From assembly GCA_964016885.1 (NCBI GenBank), contig OZ024740.1:194804001-194868000 (forward strand): a stretch of 64,000 nucleotides of DNA. Direction: 5' to 3'. The stretch's first letter is position 1, and the number at the start of each line of letters is the position of its first letter. The DNA comes from Eledone cirrhosa (lineage: Eukaryota). Under the pieces are notes generated by a model. The model did not search any database and had not been told where the DNA came from. It saw only the letters and a list, made by a program, of their open reading frames with translations. Positions 13,088-27,600 of this stretch are shown here, one piece after another. The position numbers were made by a program, and so were the translations under genes.

Positions 13088-14948
13088 GGAGAGATGCTAT
13101 ATATGTATCCAAGAAAATGGATAGCAAATATATATTTACACATATACTATGCATATATATTATACATACCATTCACAAATATGTTATATACATGAATACA
13201 TATTTGTGAATGTATGAGTGAGAGAGAGAGAGAAAGAGAGAGAGTGTGTATGTGTGTGTGTGTGAGTGTGTGTGAGTGTGTGTGTGTATGTGTGTGTGTC
13301 TGTGTCTGTGATTGAATGAGATATGAAATTTTAGAATTAATGAAAAAAGAAGGAATCACCAAGTCATATTTAATCATAGATATAAATGACCAAAACTAAG
13401 TAAATTAATTAGTCATTTCATCTTTTCCCTCGTTACTTTACTATCTTTTGCTGATGTTGCCCTCCTCAGCTTACCTTAGATGCTGGTTCATTATTATTTT
13501 AATTTTATTCTGAGTTCAAATCCCACCGAGGTTAACTTTGCCTGTCATCCTTACGGGGTCGATAAAATAAAGTACCAGTAATGTACTGGGTAATTGCTGG
13601 CCTTGTGCCAAAAGTAGAAACAATTATTATTTTTATTTTATCCAGTTTGTTTTGTAATTTTATTTATATTTGATAACTCGCATGCATTTATGTATCTCTT
13701 TTAAAGTCTTTGACTATTCATACTAAAATATGCTACAACCAACTGAAGTTCCTGAAAAACATTAAACACATGGATGTAGGTATGGCTGTGTAGTTAAGAT
13801 GTTCCTTTTGCAATCACGGCCCCAGACCTCTTCGCATACCACGTGGAATGGAACTCGTCAAATTGGAACATGGGAACCATGTTTCCGTTGCTATTTCCAT
13901 TGCTGATACTATCTACTAGTCACAACTCATGGCAACCACAGATTTTTTAATTTGATCACATTGATTAAAGTACAAATACCTTTGAATGAAATTTGGTAAA
14001 CTGGACCTGCATGGAAGCCTGAAAGTCATATTAATATCATCATCGTTGATTTTTATGATTTCTTTCCCATGTTGATATAGGCTTGCCAAGACTTTTAAAG
14101 GTAGTTTTTCAATAGTCAGATGCCGTATCTGATATCAACCTATACTTTTATTTTTAAGTAAGTTAGTTATACATAGCACTCATCTTCATTGAATCAGCAT
14201 ATACTGCTCATACATTGAAAAAATTTTGCCTAGGCTTGCACCCTGGAGAGGGACATCCCTGGTGTAAATACATGATTAACGTACCTGATGGAAGTCTGTG
14301 TGTGTGAGTGTGCATATGAGTGCATGTGTGTGTGTTTGTCTGTATCATTGGAATTAATAAAGTGTTGAACAAATTATTTTGCAGCACATAGTTATGTCCT
14401 TTTACTTTATTACTTTATTTGCACGCTCAGTTTGCCTTTCACTCTTCAAGGACTGATAAGATATGTACAAAACAAAGTTCTAGAGTTGATATTACAATAA
14501 ACTAAATATTTTTGGATGCAGTAACCTGCTACCCTCAGCTTTGATGCTATCCAATGTTAGAAGCCAGTAAAATAATACAAGAATAAAACTAATACTATTT
14601 ATACTTTGTACAAGCCAGTGTAATAGCTTCTACATGATCATTTGGCCTGTTTAATGTAGCACTCTATCAAGAAGGTTACTGATATACAGCTATTAATTTT
14701 GTATAAGTCGATATTGAAAGAATACGCCTTGTTCTTCACTTTATTATAAGCTGCTTTTGTTGCAGCAACCTTTGCCATATTACTTTCAAACAAGCGAAGG
14801 AATTCTTAAGTAGTTGCTCAGTCTTCATGGCATAACAATCTAAAACTTCTATTGTCTTTAGAATAGGGAAGACATTTTTTTCTTTTTCGTTTTAAGTTCA
14901 AAATCATAAAAGATCGTCTACAATATGTTTCATTTGATTATAACCTAC

Positions 14949-14959
14949 ATGTTTTAGAT
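14949..14959 (-). CDS. Candidate 11-nt PDSS2 microexon
   Basis: ttttccttttgcag|ATCTAAAACAT|gtaggt; would give (D)LKH in phase with VLNLI of the last exon, aligning to vertebrate DYAK-LRERI. Short motif, may be chance. Confidence 0.25.
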
Positions 14960-17900
14960 CTGCAAAAGGAAAAACCTAACCAAAACTATACTACTACAGT
15001 TAATACTACTGTTGCTGCTGCTACTGTTGATAATAATTGTTTCTCCTTTTGGCACAAGGCCAGCAATTACCCCAGTGCATTACTGGTGCTTTATTTTATC
15101 GACCCTGTAAAGATGAAAGGCAAAGCTAACCTCGGCAGGATTTGAACTCATATCTAAAGGGCCAAAACTCTATGCTGTAAAGCATGGTGTCTGATGCTCC
15201 ACCGATACTACCAATCTACTAATGATTTTTAGTACAGGCACAAGACCAGCAAGTTGTGGTGGAATGAAAATTCAATTCTACCAACCTCAGTATTTGACTG
15301 GTACTTGATTTTACTGACTTAGGGTGAATGGAAGGCAAAGTTGACTATGACAGGTTTTGAATTCAAACCTGCACAGAATCAGAATAAATACCACAAATAT
15401 TTTTTGTTTCAATTTTTTTTTTACGTTCTAATGATTTCATCAATCTTTACTGCAGGTAATTTGGAGAAAGTAGATACAGTACTTATTCCTGTTGAACTGC
15501 AACTTGTAAAATTATGTGAAGTTTCCCAGAAATTACACAAAATGTTTTAAATGGATTTAAACACAATGTCTATAAGACTGTTTGTCCAATGCCTTATCCA
15601 CTCAATTATTTAACCCTATTTTGCTATAGATAGTATATAATCTCCCAACATCTCAGTTTCTCATTAATCTCCAAGAAACGATCAATATCGATCAACTTCC
15701 AGACATGTAAACTTATTTATCCTATTTTTTGTTTTGTTTTAGTTCTGCTCTTCTTTGTTATATTCTCTCAGACATCTATAATTTGTAAACCAAATGAGAA
15801 ATGAAAAGTTCCACATTTACATAGCTTTTCAGATCTCTCTGTGTTGATTTAGTTAAGTCTACATTTTTAAAGAATTCATTTGTCACTAATCACTGTTAGG
15901 TATGTTAGACAAAAGCATTTTTAATTGAAATCATGTATTTATCTGATAAGCTGAAATTTTTTGATAGGAATTAAGTAATGGCTATTCGAAATTTTGGAAT
16001 GGATCCAACACAATAGAAAGTCTTCACAGATAAGTAGGAGAAAGGCAAAGATAATAGCTGCTAATAGTTCACTTGTGATGAATAGAAGACAAATGGCATT
16101 TGTTAATTGCATTCTATGTGATTAAGTGTAACTTCATATTTCAATCAATATAGTTATTTCCATAACCAATAATTAAGATTTATCAGCCTAAAGGAGTTAT
16201 TGAAACACTTTTAGAAATAATTACCATTAAGTTCTCATTATATAGCTCCAAGACAAATAACTGTTCTGCTTAACTGACAAAATGTTTAAATATAAAGATT
16301 TTGGGATGTACAAAAAAGCCCATTGTTTTCCTTTCTGTTTTAGGATTTTATTGATGTCAGAATCGTGGAGACTTGTTTAATATAAGACAAAGTTGAAAAC
16401 TTTTACAAATGTGCTGACAAATATGTTTCTGTTTTTGCTTTTTTATGTTTGAGTATCTTTTATTATTTTCTCTTGCTAGTTTAAGCACTTACATAAATTT
16501 TAACATTACACCATGATTTCCAATCGAGTATTCTTTAACTAGCTTCCTCTCCTCTGCATTGCAGGCAGTGGAGTCAGGGTTTGTGACTGAAGTGACAAGG
16601 CTGGAGACGGAGAAAAAGTCGCATGTTCCATCCCAAATTAGGGATTTGCATCCCTTGAAAGAGATATGCATCTCAGACAGGTCCAGTAGACAGCACTTTC
16701 ATACCTGCAGAGTTTGTCTCAAACTGAAAATGACCTCAGATAACACTACTATACCAAGGGTTTCTGGAAGTTATCCATATTTCCTGAACTGAAAGTCCTC
16801 TGGAACAAAACCACCAACCAATTGTTTTTGCATTGCCCTTCCACCCGCACCCCAGTTACTCTGATAATATCATCACTCTTTCCCACTACCACTACTTCTC
16901 TTTGGAATGCTAATGCAGAAGTCCCACTGAATACACAGTCCAACTGATAAAAGGAATAAATTAATTTGAACAGATTACACTAAACAAGGTTTCAATTCTA
17001 GATAAACTCTCCCAATAAGCCCCAGGGAAATTTCTCTATTCTGTCCACTGGGGCAGCAGGGCAGCCAGTGCGTGGACCCCATTACCTTATAATAGTGAAA
17101 GATGAGGAGAGTGAGAGAGAGAGAGGCAGTGAAAATTAATAAAAGATGTACAAACAAATAGGTAAATAAATACCGAGGAACATATAGAACCTAGAGAAAA
17201 TAGCACTACTAGGTACTGCACATATATTGTGCAGAAGACACTGAATACCATAGAAAGGCATAAAAACATACTAAAACTCTACACATAGCTACATACCTAA
17301 GGCACACAGAGTTACACTCTGTTGTGCAGTGAAATAACACAATGGAAAGAAAACTATTTGAATAATAATATATAATTATTCATAGAGAAGAATAATTAAA
17401 AAGTAATGATAATAACAAAATGTATATAAATCTAAATTTATTGTAAAATGTCAGAATGATGTGAAATAGAAATTATTATTTTACTGATTTAATGGAAAAG
17501 ATATGTGTGTGTGTGTGTGTGTGAGTATGTATGTGCGTGAGTGTGTGTGCGTGTGTATCTTATGATCTTGTATAACAAAATGATTATAATATATATGATG
17601 AATGAATAGAAATAACATCTCTCTCACCCTCTCCCTTAAAATGAACAAAAAAGTAAACACTCACACACACATATGAAATTTTAAACATAATTCATAGGTA
17701 CACATATATATATACACATACACATATGCAAATATATGTATGAATGTATCTATTTATCTTATATATGTGTGTTTATATATATATATATATATATATATAA
17801 ACATACATACATAAGCACCTACATATATACACACACATATATATATCTATATACAAACACATATATATAACACCTACATCTATACATATACATACACACA

Positions 17901-19456
17901 TATATAATCAATTAATCAATTTTGTAAGTTGTAAGAAAAAATACCATGTAAAATTCCCTGGAGGAGAGGTTCTCAACAACCCAATGTTAAGGGTGAATAG
18001 ACAGAACACTTTGCAGCTTTTTGTGTTCAGTTCTAACCTCGTTCATTAATTGATCACAATAAATAGATGAATAAATGAATTAGTTTGGTGGCACCATAGT
18101 TAGCCTACATCATAGCATCTTGACCTTCAATCAATTAGTTTTATGTATTTTATTTTATTACAACATATGTAAATTTTCACCCAATTAAAATGCTTATGTA
18201 TTTATTTTTTCTGTTTCAATTTTTTATAATTAAAAAAAATACACTTTTCAGAAAAATAAATTTGTAAGACAACCCCACCCCCCACCCCCATACCTGCACA
18301 TACACTCCAAATAAAAATAAGAACAAATAAATGAGAATTAAATACAGAAGTGATAATGATGCTGGTTTCTTAGGCACAAATTCAAATAGACAATTATTGA
18401 TCAAAAGAACTGCAATGTTTTGTTTTGGTAGAGAAGAATCTATCTTCAGTTGAAGGCCATCATCTATTTTAAGAATGGAATAAGAGGAAGGGAGCCAGTC
18501 TTAATCCCATTCTCTTTTATTTTTATTGCATTAACAGAAGAAAAGGGCAATGCCCAAAACTCTTTTCAGAACCTCTAAGACAGGAGAAAGAGGAAGGTAT
18601 CATCAGACCAGAGATCTAACCCAAATGTTTACATCTCAGGAGACACAGATGGTGCTGTAAGCACCATAGGGACAGGTTGGTTTGTTAAACTGATATCTTG
18701 TAACAAATGTAGTGGCTCATACTGTGCAAGCACTGTTCACAAACTGCATATATGGATCAAAGACCATAATAACACACCCACAGGGGTCCTTCTTAAGTCA
18801 AAAGATACCTGTAGAAGTGCCACACTCAAGATATGAAAGTTACCATAGAAGCCACCAAATGAAACATAAGAAATCTGTGTATCAAAGATGCTATTCTCAT
18901 CAATGGAATAAGACCAACCATAAACAGCAGGTATGAGTTGTATGAAGTCAATCAGCTATTGTGATTACACTACTGCACATGTCACCAAAATTTCAATTAA
19001 ATTTCTCTGCAGTAGAACACCATTCATCACCATCACCATACTCCCTTTTCTTTCTTTAAAAAATATAATAGTAAAAGTGTGAACTCTACGTTGTAAAGGC
19101 ACATGGTTTAAAGAGTTGAATTTGCAATCATGAGGTTGCGAGTTCAATTCTCAGAAAAGGGGATGCATTATGTCCTTGAACAAGACACTTTATTACACAT
19201 TGCTCTTTCTACCAGGAGTTGCGACTGGTAGATAGTATCAGCAATGGAAAGACCAATGTAAACATTGTTTCCTTGGTTTGATTTGATGAGTTCCATCCTA
19301 CTTAGTAAATGAATGAGATCTGAGATCTTATTGATTGATTCCTTTTCCACTAGTTTTCAAGACTGTATTTTTAATTTCAATTGTACTAACTTTCACAAAA
19401 CGATCAAAACCACACATCTCACAATGCTTCATATGATCTATATTTTTATGTAATTT

Positions 19457-20030
19457 CCTTCTTCTTTACCCACTTATTCCTGAGAGGTTCATGGAGATAG
19501 AGTTCTCAAACAATCCTTCCAATCTGTCTTGTCAGAAACAACTGTCCCCAATTGATCCAGCTGGATCACCAAGCAAAACCAGTTGAGCTCCTGGATGTTA
19601 TCCAACCATCTTTCTCAGAGTCTACCACTGTGTCTCCTTCCAGTTGGTTTTGCCCATAAAATCTGTCCAGTGATTCTTTCCTGAAACATTTTAACCACAT
19701 GCTCATAATATCAGAGCTGTGATACCTCATTTCAGAGAAGTAGTGGCTCTACCTGAAACAACTCTCTGATCTCCAAGCTTTGCACTCTATCGAGTAACAT
19801 TACAACAAAGATTCTTCAGAGAAACCCCCTTTTGGCCACTTGATTTTGCAATTGTATTCTTTCGGTCATTACCCAAGATTCATTGTTTGGCATGAATACT
19901 GAATTGAAGATAGCGAGTTTGGTTTTTACACCTACCTTCTTCTGATTACCGAATGCTGAAGCTGGCACATTACTGCACCAGCTCCTGCAATTATTGTTCT
20001 TAATTCAGCCTCCTGCCATCCATCACTTGT
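19457..20030 (-). mobile_element. Second, more decayed copy of the Expander/Rex3-like LINE
   Basis: Reverse complement aligns by eye with 8830-9397. Confidence 0.8.
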
Positions 20031-20909
20031 ATAACTTTCTTAAATTTCGAAAAAGCTAGGCAAATTAGATCAAACATTATTAAACATTTCACATTCCTAC
20101 CCTGTTTCCAAACATTACTTCTGTTTCATATATAAAATTTATTCATTTTATTAATAGATGTTATGAATTGATAAATAAGTAAAAACTTTCCAATAAGTTA
20201 GGAAGGACTGTTTCGAGTTTGCTTAAATGATTATAGTAAACAGCAATAGATATTCATAATTAAAGAAGTTTTCAACATTTGATTGACAAAGTTATTAATG
20301 TGAATTCAAAAGCTAAATAGGTTACAAAAGGTTGGATGGATTCATTAGGGTAATAGAGAGAAGAATTATGAAGGGAAGAATAATAGGAGAAATAGAGAGA
20401 GAGGAAGAAAGAGAGCAATAGAAAGTACATTGAAACCAATTTAGTTCATGAATTTTATTACAAGCAAAAATTTGATTTAAATATTTATGAGGCTACAGTA
20501 TTGCGATAGTTTATAACACATCCTTTTCTTAAATTGATGCCTGCTATTTGAAATTTTCTATAACATTTATTTGTATCGATAGTCTATTTTGACTAGTTTC
20601 CAAGTATTCCAAGTATGTATTCATATAATTGAAGCCAATTCATCATAATTTCATATTTTCTTACAATTTATCCTCTTTAATGAATCAAGCATGCTCCTAC
20701 AATCTAATAGCAAACATCCTTACCTTACAAAGGATATACACTTGACACCTAGTACCTGATGCTATTAAATATTCTATTAACTTTCTATAATTCAAAAGAG
20801 CTTAATATGTTATATCATTACTTTGTCAAATAAATCTCAAAATGCTACATTTGAAGAATATTATTATAAAACAAGGTAAATACAAGGTAAACACAAGGTA
20901 AACACACTG

Positions 20910-21080
20910 GTGTAAACACTATGGCCATGTAATTAAGAAGTTTGCTTCACAATCACATGGTTTTTCGTTCAATCCCACTATATTATGGTGTGGCAGCTTG
21001 TAGAAGTGTCTTTTACTATAGCTGTTGGCAAACCAATGCTTCTTGAGTGAAATTCAATAGATGGAAGCTGTTCAGCAGTG
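20910..21080 (+). mobile_element. Third tRNA-derived SINE family (decayed)
   Basis: TGGCC.TGT..TTAAGAAGTTTGCTT..CAA.CACATGGTT...GTTCAATCCCACT...AAGTGTCTT.TACTATAGC; relatives near 13775, 39125, 50760 (-) and 54650 (-). Confidence 0.65.
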
Positions 21081-21109
21081 CACCATATATATATAATTAA
21101 GTTGTTTGC

Positions 21110-21480
21110 TCTGACATAGCATGGGTTTAGACGGGTTATTCCATTAGAGGCAAGTTAGGTCAGGTGACTGTGACTTACTCATATAGGAATGTTTCTGGAT
21201 AGGTTTCTATAGCTGGATGCCCTTCCTAACACCAACCACATTTACAGTATGCTGGGTGCTTTTTGTCATTATTCCTACATGACCACTTTACAAGGGAAGG
21301 GGTGCTTTTTTTGTGACACCTACATGACCACTTTACAGTGTGGGCTGGGTGCTTTTTATTGCGACACCTACACAACAACTTTACAATGTGGACTAGGTGA
21401 CACCTACACACCCACTTTACACTGAGGGCTGGATGCTGGATGCTTTTTTGTGATACCAACATGATTTTACAGTGTAAGGG
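21110..21480 (-). mobile_element. Older RTE 3'UTR remnant with ~6 internal ~45-bp repeats
   Basis: CAGCTGGATGCCCTTCCTAACACCAACC-like family motif plus repeated CCACTTTACAGTGTGG..GGTGCTTTTT..GACACCTACA units. Confidence 0.75.
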
Positions 21481-21894
21481 TGATATGGACAGAAGTGGGT
21501 AGGTGGATGTTAGGGCATGAGAAGTGTATGGAAGGGGGTATAGTGGTTAAGAGGTGTCTACTAGATGTATGTTTGAGACAGTGCACATGAGAAGGCATGT
21601 CTTCAGTATTACTGAAGGTATGTGTATTTGTATATCTAGCGATATATGGTATGTTTATAAATAAACATTTGAAATCCTTTAACTATGAATTTTAGAAGCT
21701 GATGGCTAGCGCCATCAAGTGGATTCCAGCAAAAGCAGGAGCAGGTAATCTGTTAGCAGTTGACTGTTTCTGACTTCGGTCGTTATCAAGACTGAATGTA
21801 GACAGAAGAAATTTAATATGGTGAAATCTTTATTTAGCCCAGCATTGTACAGTTTTAGTGACCTTCACCACCATATTTGTATAAAATATGTATT

Positions 21895-22015
21895 AATCTG
21901 ACCCTAATGCACCAATCACAACTGGTATCACTTTCACATTAACCTCTTGCCTTCCAAATAGTCTTGGCAGTTCCGCTTTTAATTCAGAGTAGTGATTTTT
22001 TCAATCTCCTACATT
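21895..22015 (-). mobile_element. R4/Dong-like RLE non-LTR remnant
   Basis: Translates YSELKAELPRLFGRQEVNVKVIPVVIGALGS. Confidence 0.65.
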
Positions 22016-22331
22016 TTGAATTGAAATCCTGCCAGGTTTAATAACATGAAGCACCAGCTAAGTACTGGAGTCAATATAAATGAATATACCTTCCCCCAAA
22101 ATGTGTGCCTATGTTGATATACCCAAAATGTGTTATTTCTCAAAAAAAGGTTTTTCATTTCTTTCCTCTTCTAACACTCTATCTTTTATTTCTCATTCTA
22201 TCTTCTGCTAAAAACCTAGTGTCTGAAACTTAAAAACTCTTTTCTTACTATATCAAGCATTAAACTAATATATTTTTCATTGTACTGAGTTGTTTGCTCT
22301 GTTGTTTCCATTTACGTTTTACATATATACA

Positions 22332-22417
<86 letters not shown>

Positions 22418-22512
22418 ATTTCAGTCCACGCTTCGCTATTTCCTTTCCACTGAATTATTTTTTAATAAGTTTCCAGAGTCCTCGCTATGCCTAGAAACTT
22501 ACATGAAAATAG

Positions 22513-22594
22513 ACTTTCCTGACGACGGAATGCTTTTCTATATGTTCTTCGGAAAATATATTTACTCCATTCCAGAAACTAATTAGTTGGAAGT
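22513..22594 (+). ncRNA. Type I hammerhead ribozyme motif
   Basis: ACUUUC-CUGACGA-c-GGAAUG...CAUUCC-a-GAAA-CUAAUUAG-UU/-GGAAGU: 6-bp stem I (one G.U), 6-bp stem II base, palindromic stem III (ACUAAUUAGU), GUU triplet; inside a ~250-bp insert bounded by TA tracts. Confidence 0.72.
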
Positions 22595-22878
22595 GATATT
22601 TTAGTAAGTAAGTCAATTTTATAAATTTTTTTATAATTTTATAATTTTCTTATCTTACGTCTCTCATATATATATATGCAACACACACACACACATATAT
22701 ATATATATATGTGCAAATATACATATATATATATATGCACACACACACACATAAAACATATAGCAGAATATACTACAAACTTTGCCTAAAAAAACAATTT
22801 GGGTAGTTACAAAGTTGATAATACATTCTAATACAGAGCTAATTAAATTGTATGTTCTGTGATGTTATATAAATAATG

Positions 22879-22954
<76 letters not shown>

Positions 22955-23527
22955 CATACATATACACAGGTGCTTACACATATATATACATACACATTCA
23001 CATTATACATTAAAAATATATGCATGCATAAATACATAAATATACACCCACATATGGTGTATATGCTTCTGTAGAGGCAAACTAACCAAATGTGTAAGGT
23101 ATTTCTTGTCGGTGATAAATATTCAATTTCTGTTTTACACTGAAATATGTGTTATAACAATTTTGATTTTAAAAAAAAATTAAATTACAAATAAAAATAT
23201 AAATTTCCTTTTATATGGTATATCATATAGATTTTTAAACATATTTTTATTTTTGGCTAGTTTGCTCTAAGCAAATTTTTACATTTTTTTCTTCTTTTCA
23301 TTTCCTGCGTGCATTGGTTGAATGGTTCTTCAAATTCGGATATTTGCATGAATTGTTGGAACTGGTGTTTTCCACTTGGATTCTCTTCCTAGATCTCCAG
23401 CCATTCGACTATAGAGTGTTTGATGTGTTATAATTTATTGAATAAATAACGTCTAATTAATCTCTATATAACTAAACAAAAATATAAATATATAAAATAA
23501 ATAAATAAATAAAATAAATAAATAAAA

Positions 23528-23586
<59 letters not shown>

Positions 23587-23990
23587 AAATATCCTTTTTT
23601 TTTACACTAGAACAGTGTTATTATGCTAGCTCCATGTTTTTTCACCTATCTGAAGGTGTGAAATACTTTAAAAAAATGTTGTTTACTGAAGCTAGTCACT
23701 AGTTAGAGAATTTCAGTAGCAAGGTGAAAAAAAAAGAAGAAATATGTTGCTTTAATAATGATTTCCTTTAAATAGACACAAAGCCAATTTCTCACATGAA
23801 GAACTATATGATTGATAAGTCACTTCTATATCACTAATGTAGCACTGTTTAACCATTTGAAGAGAAAAAGCCTACTTATCCTTCTACAATGAAGAAAATT
23901 GTACCATTTTTAAGTGATAAGAGGAAAAAAGGTATTAGTATCTGAATTTTAAAAAATATATATCTAAGTATAATAAACAGAGATACATAT

Positions 23991-24633
23991 ATCATCATCA
24001 TCATCATCATCATCGTTTAACGTCCGTGTTCCACGCTTGCATGGGTTTGGACGGGGGTTTTCCCACTTGAGGCAAGAGTGATTATCTTGCTCGCATAGGA
24101 CTATCTGGCGGGTTTTCTACAGCTGGATGCCCTTCCTAACACCAACCACATTTACAGTGTGGGGCTGGGAGGTTTTTACGGTGTTGCCTACACGGCCACA
24201 TTACAGCATGAACTGTGTGTTTTTTTGATGTGACATCTATACGATCTCATTTGTTTCGGCCTGGATGTTGTGGCACCAACATAACTTTACATTGAAAGGG
24301 GTGGTGTGGATGGAGTGGGGGTGGTGGGACGGGGGTGTATTTTGTTAGAGATGCCTACTGATTGTAGTAGGTTTTACTTTGTATTTAGGTAAGGCGGGTC
24401 TTCTCTATTACTGAGTACCGCCAAAGGTCTCGGTCCAGTGACATTGTCTTGGTGAGGTGTAAGTGTGTGAGGTCGGAATTTATCAGCTCGTCCCAGGTTT
24501 TTCTGGGTCTGCCTATTCCGTAGCTACCGTCTATCTTTATTGCCCTGCACTTTGTTATACAGCTATCGTCCTTCATGCGCATCACGTGACCATACCAACG
24601 TAGCCTTCTCTCGAGTAAACAACATCTGATCCC
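23991..24633 (-). mobile_element. 5'-truncated RTE LINE
   Basis: ORF 24385-24666 C-terminus, 3'UTR, (GAT)n tail; head-to-tail with the long copy across a TA tract. Confidence 0.92.
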
Positions 24634-24650
24634 ATATATATATATATATA

Positions 24651-27600
24651 TCATTATCATCATCATTTAACATCTATCTTCCACGCTAGCATGGGTTTAG
24701 ACGGGAATTGCCCCACGTGAGGCAAGATTGGTTGTCTTGCTCGTATAGGACTGTGGGGACTGGGAGGTTTTTACCGTGTTACCTACACGGCCACATTACA
24801 GCGTGGACTGTGTGTTTTTTTGTCGTGAGACCTACACGACCTCATTTATTTAGGACTGGATGTTGTGGCACCAACATAACTTTACAGAGAAAGGGGTGGT
24901 GTAGATGGGGGTGGGGGTAGTGGTAGTGGGATGGAGGTGTATTTTTGGTTAGGAGGTGCCTACTGACTGTAGGTTTCGCTTTGTACTTAGGTAAGGCGGG
25001 TCTTCTGTATTACTGCGTAGCACCAAAGATCTCGGTCCCGTGACATTGTCTTAGAGAGGTGTAAGTGTGTAAGGTCGGAATTTATCAAATCGTCCCAGGC
25101 TTTTCTGGGTCTGCTTATTCCGTAGCTTCCATATATTTTGATCGCCCTGCACTTTTTTATACAGCTGTCGTCTTTCATGCGCATCACGTGACCATACCAA
25201 CGTAGTCTTCTCTCAAGTAAACAGCATCTGAGCCCTCTTATTCCTAATTTCTCACTTAGTTCATTTATGCTTTGCCATTCACGTATATTACTATTACACA
25301 TCCAACGGAGCATGCAAGCTTCATTCCTCTCCAGTCTGCGTAGATCCTCTGCACACAATGCCCATGTCTCACTGCCATGTAACATTGCTGTTTGTATGCA
25401 GGCATCATACAGTCTGCCTTTCATTTTTAGGGAGAACCATTTAGCAGTTAATAGTGGTATAAGCTCTCTGAACTTTTTCCATCCCGTTCTGACTCTAGCT
25501 ACTGTACTTTCAGGGCACCCTCCACCACTGCTGATTTTGTCACCCAGGTAACGGAAGGTGTCCACTATTTCTATAGAACGATCTGGGCAATGGAAGGAGC
25601 TAGTATCCTGTGGGCACTTGCTACTACTTATTGCACCTGAGCACCGGCCAAATATTAAATATATGTTCTTAGTTAGTTTACCTGTGATCCCACTACATCT
25701 TTTATGCACCTATACTTTGCATTTGGGACATATAATGGAGTTTCTGCCTACTCCTTTCCTACACACTGAGCATGGCCATTTCCCAGAGGGGACCAGTGCC
25801 CTATTTTCCTTCCTGCATACTAGAACTTTAGTCTTAAAGAAGTTAATTTTAAGGTCTTTTGATTCTAGGCCATGCTTCCAAGTTTGGAATTTCTTCTCTA
25901 GTTCAGCCATTGATTCAGCTATGAGCGTTAGATCATCTGCGTATAGAAGTTCCCATGGGCAGCCGGTCTTGAACTCCTCTGTTATAGCCTGAAGGGCAAT
26001 AATAAATAGGAGGGGGCTAAGGACAGAGCCCTGATGAACACCGACTTTTACGCTAAATTCTTCACTATATTCGTTGTTAATTCTAACCTTGCTGACTGTT
26101 TCTTTATACATGGCTTGTATAGCTCACACAAGCCATTCATCAACACCTAGTTTTCTAAGAGCCCACCAGATAATGGAGCAGGGGACTCTGTCAAAGGCTT
26201 TCTCCAAGTCAACAAAAGCTAAGTATAGGGGTTTACCTTTAGCTAGGAACTTCTCCTGTAGTTGTCGTACAAGGAAAAGAGCGTCTGTGGTACTTTTACC
26301 TGACACAAATCTAAACTGCATTTCATCTAGATCAATTCGCTCTCTGATTAGTTGCGCTATAACTTTTTCTGTGACCTTCATGACCTGGTCAATTAATTTA
26401 ATGCCTCTATAGTTTCCTCTATCTAGGGCATCTCCTTTACCCTTGTAGCAGTTAATGATGATACTGCTACGCCAGTCATTTTGTATGACCCCATTCTGTA
26501 TGACTTGGTTTACTATCCGGGAGACCATAGTGTGTCCCACCGATCCAGATGCTTTCAGCATTTCAGCAACTATCTCCGAAGGCCCAGCTGCTTTGCCTGT
26601 CTTCATATCTTTGATTGCCTTACTTATTATACTACCTTCAACTTGCACTGCTGGTCCCTCTATTGGATCGATTTGGGGCATCTTTTTCTCACTTATTCTC
26701 CTCATTTAGTAGCTTCTTATAGTGACACTTCCAAACTACCTTCTTATCAGTATCAGTGATGGCAAGTATACCATCATCATTACGGACACACTTCTCCCCG
26801 ACAATATCACGGTTTTCCTTGACACATTGTCTAGCAATCCTGAACACCTCACGTCTTTGGTCCTCGCGTTGTAGAACATGCCTGAACTTTCTTTCCTCTG
26901 CTTCCCTTCTTGCAAGGTACACTTGTCTCCTAGCTTCTCTCCTGGCCACTTGATAGTGTTCTCTACTTCCCCCATCCTGCCATACTTTCCAAGCTTGCTT
27001 TTTGGCCTTGATTGATTCCACCTTACTGTTCCACCACCAAGTTACTCTCCTCCTGCCTATAGGTCTGCTCCAGCCACAGACTTCTTCTGTCGCCTTCAGC
27101 AGGTTAACTTTCAGGAATTCCCACTGTTCCTCTATACTGTACATCTCTAATTGCTCTTCCTTACTGTCAAAAGCATCAAGTAGCATGCTTTTAAATTTGT
27201 TACGGGCTGTGGGGTTCTTTAACTTCCATATTCTTCTTCTCAGGGTGGTCCTCCTCCTGTTGTCGAGTTCGTTTCATCCTGATTATGAGGTCACTAACTA
27301 TGAGGCCATGTTGGGAGGTGCATTCTTTGCGGGGGAGGGATTTAGTGTTTACAACGGACACTTTGTCACGTCTTCTGGTAAGGATATAATCTATCTGACT
27401 GGCGTGTTCCCCTGATCCATAGGTGATCAAGTGATTGTCTCGTTTTTTGAAGTTTGTGTTGCAGATAGTTAGGTTATTTGCGTCACAGAATTCTGAAGCC
27501 TTCCTCATTTCTGGTACCAAACCCGTAGCCTCCATGGATTCCGTCATAGCCATCACAATGTTGTCCAACATGACCATTTAGGTCGCCAGCAATAATTATG

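Noticed and set aside
15456-15550. Plus-strand exon-like segments here and at ~33500-33540 and ~41575-41640
   Set aside because: No recognisable homology or consistent gene model; such motifs are frequent in AT-rich DNA.
16749-17090. Two minus-strand acceptor-like sites (16943, ~17086) followed by open frames
   Set aside because: Peptides resemble neither PDSS2 nor any protein I recognise; donors are weak or absent.
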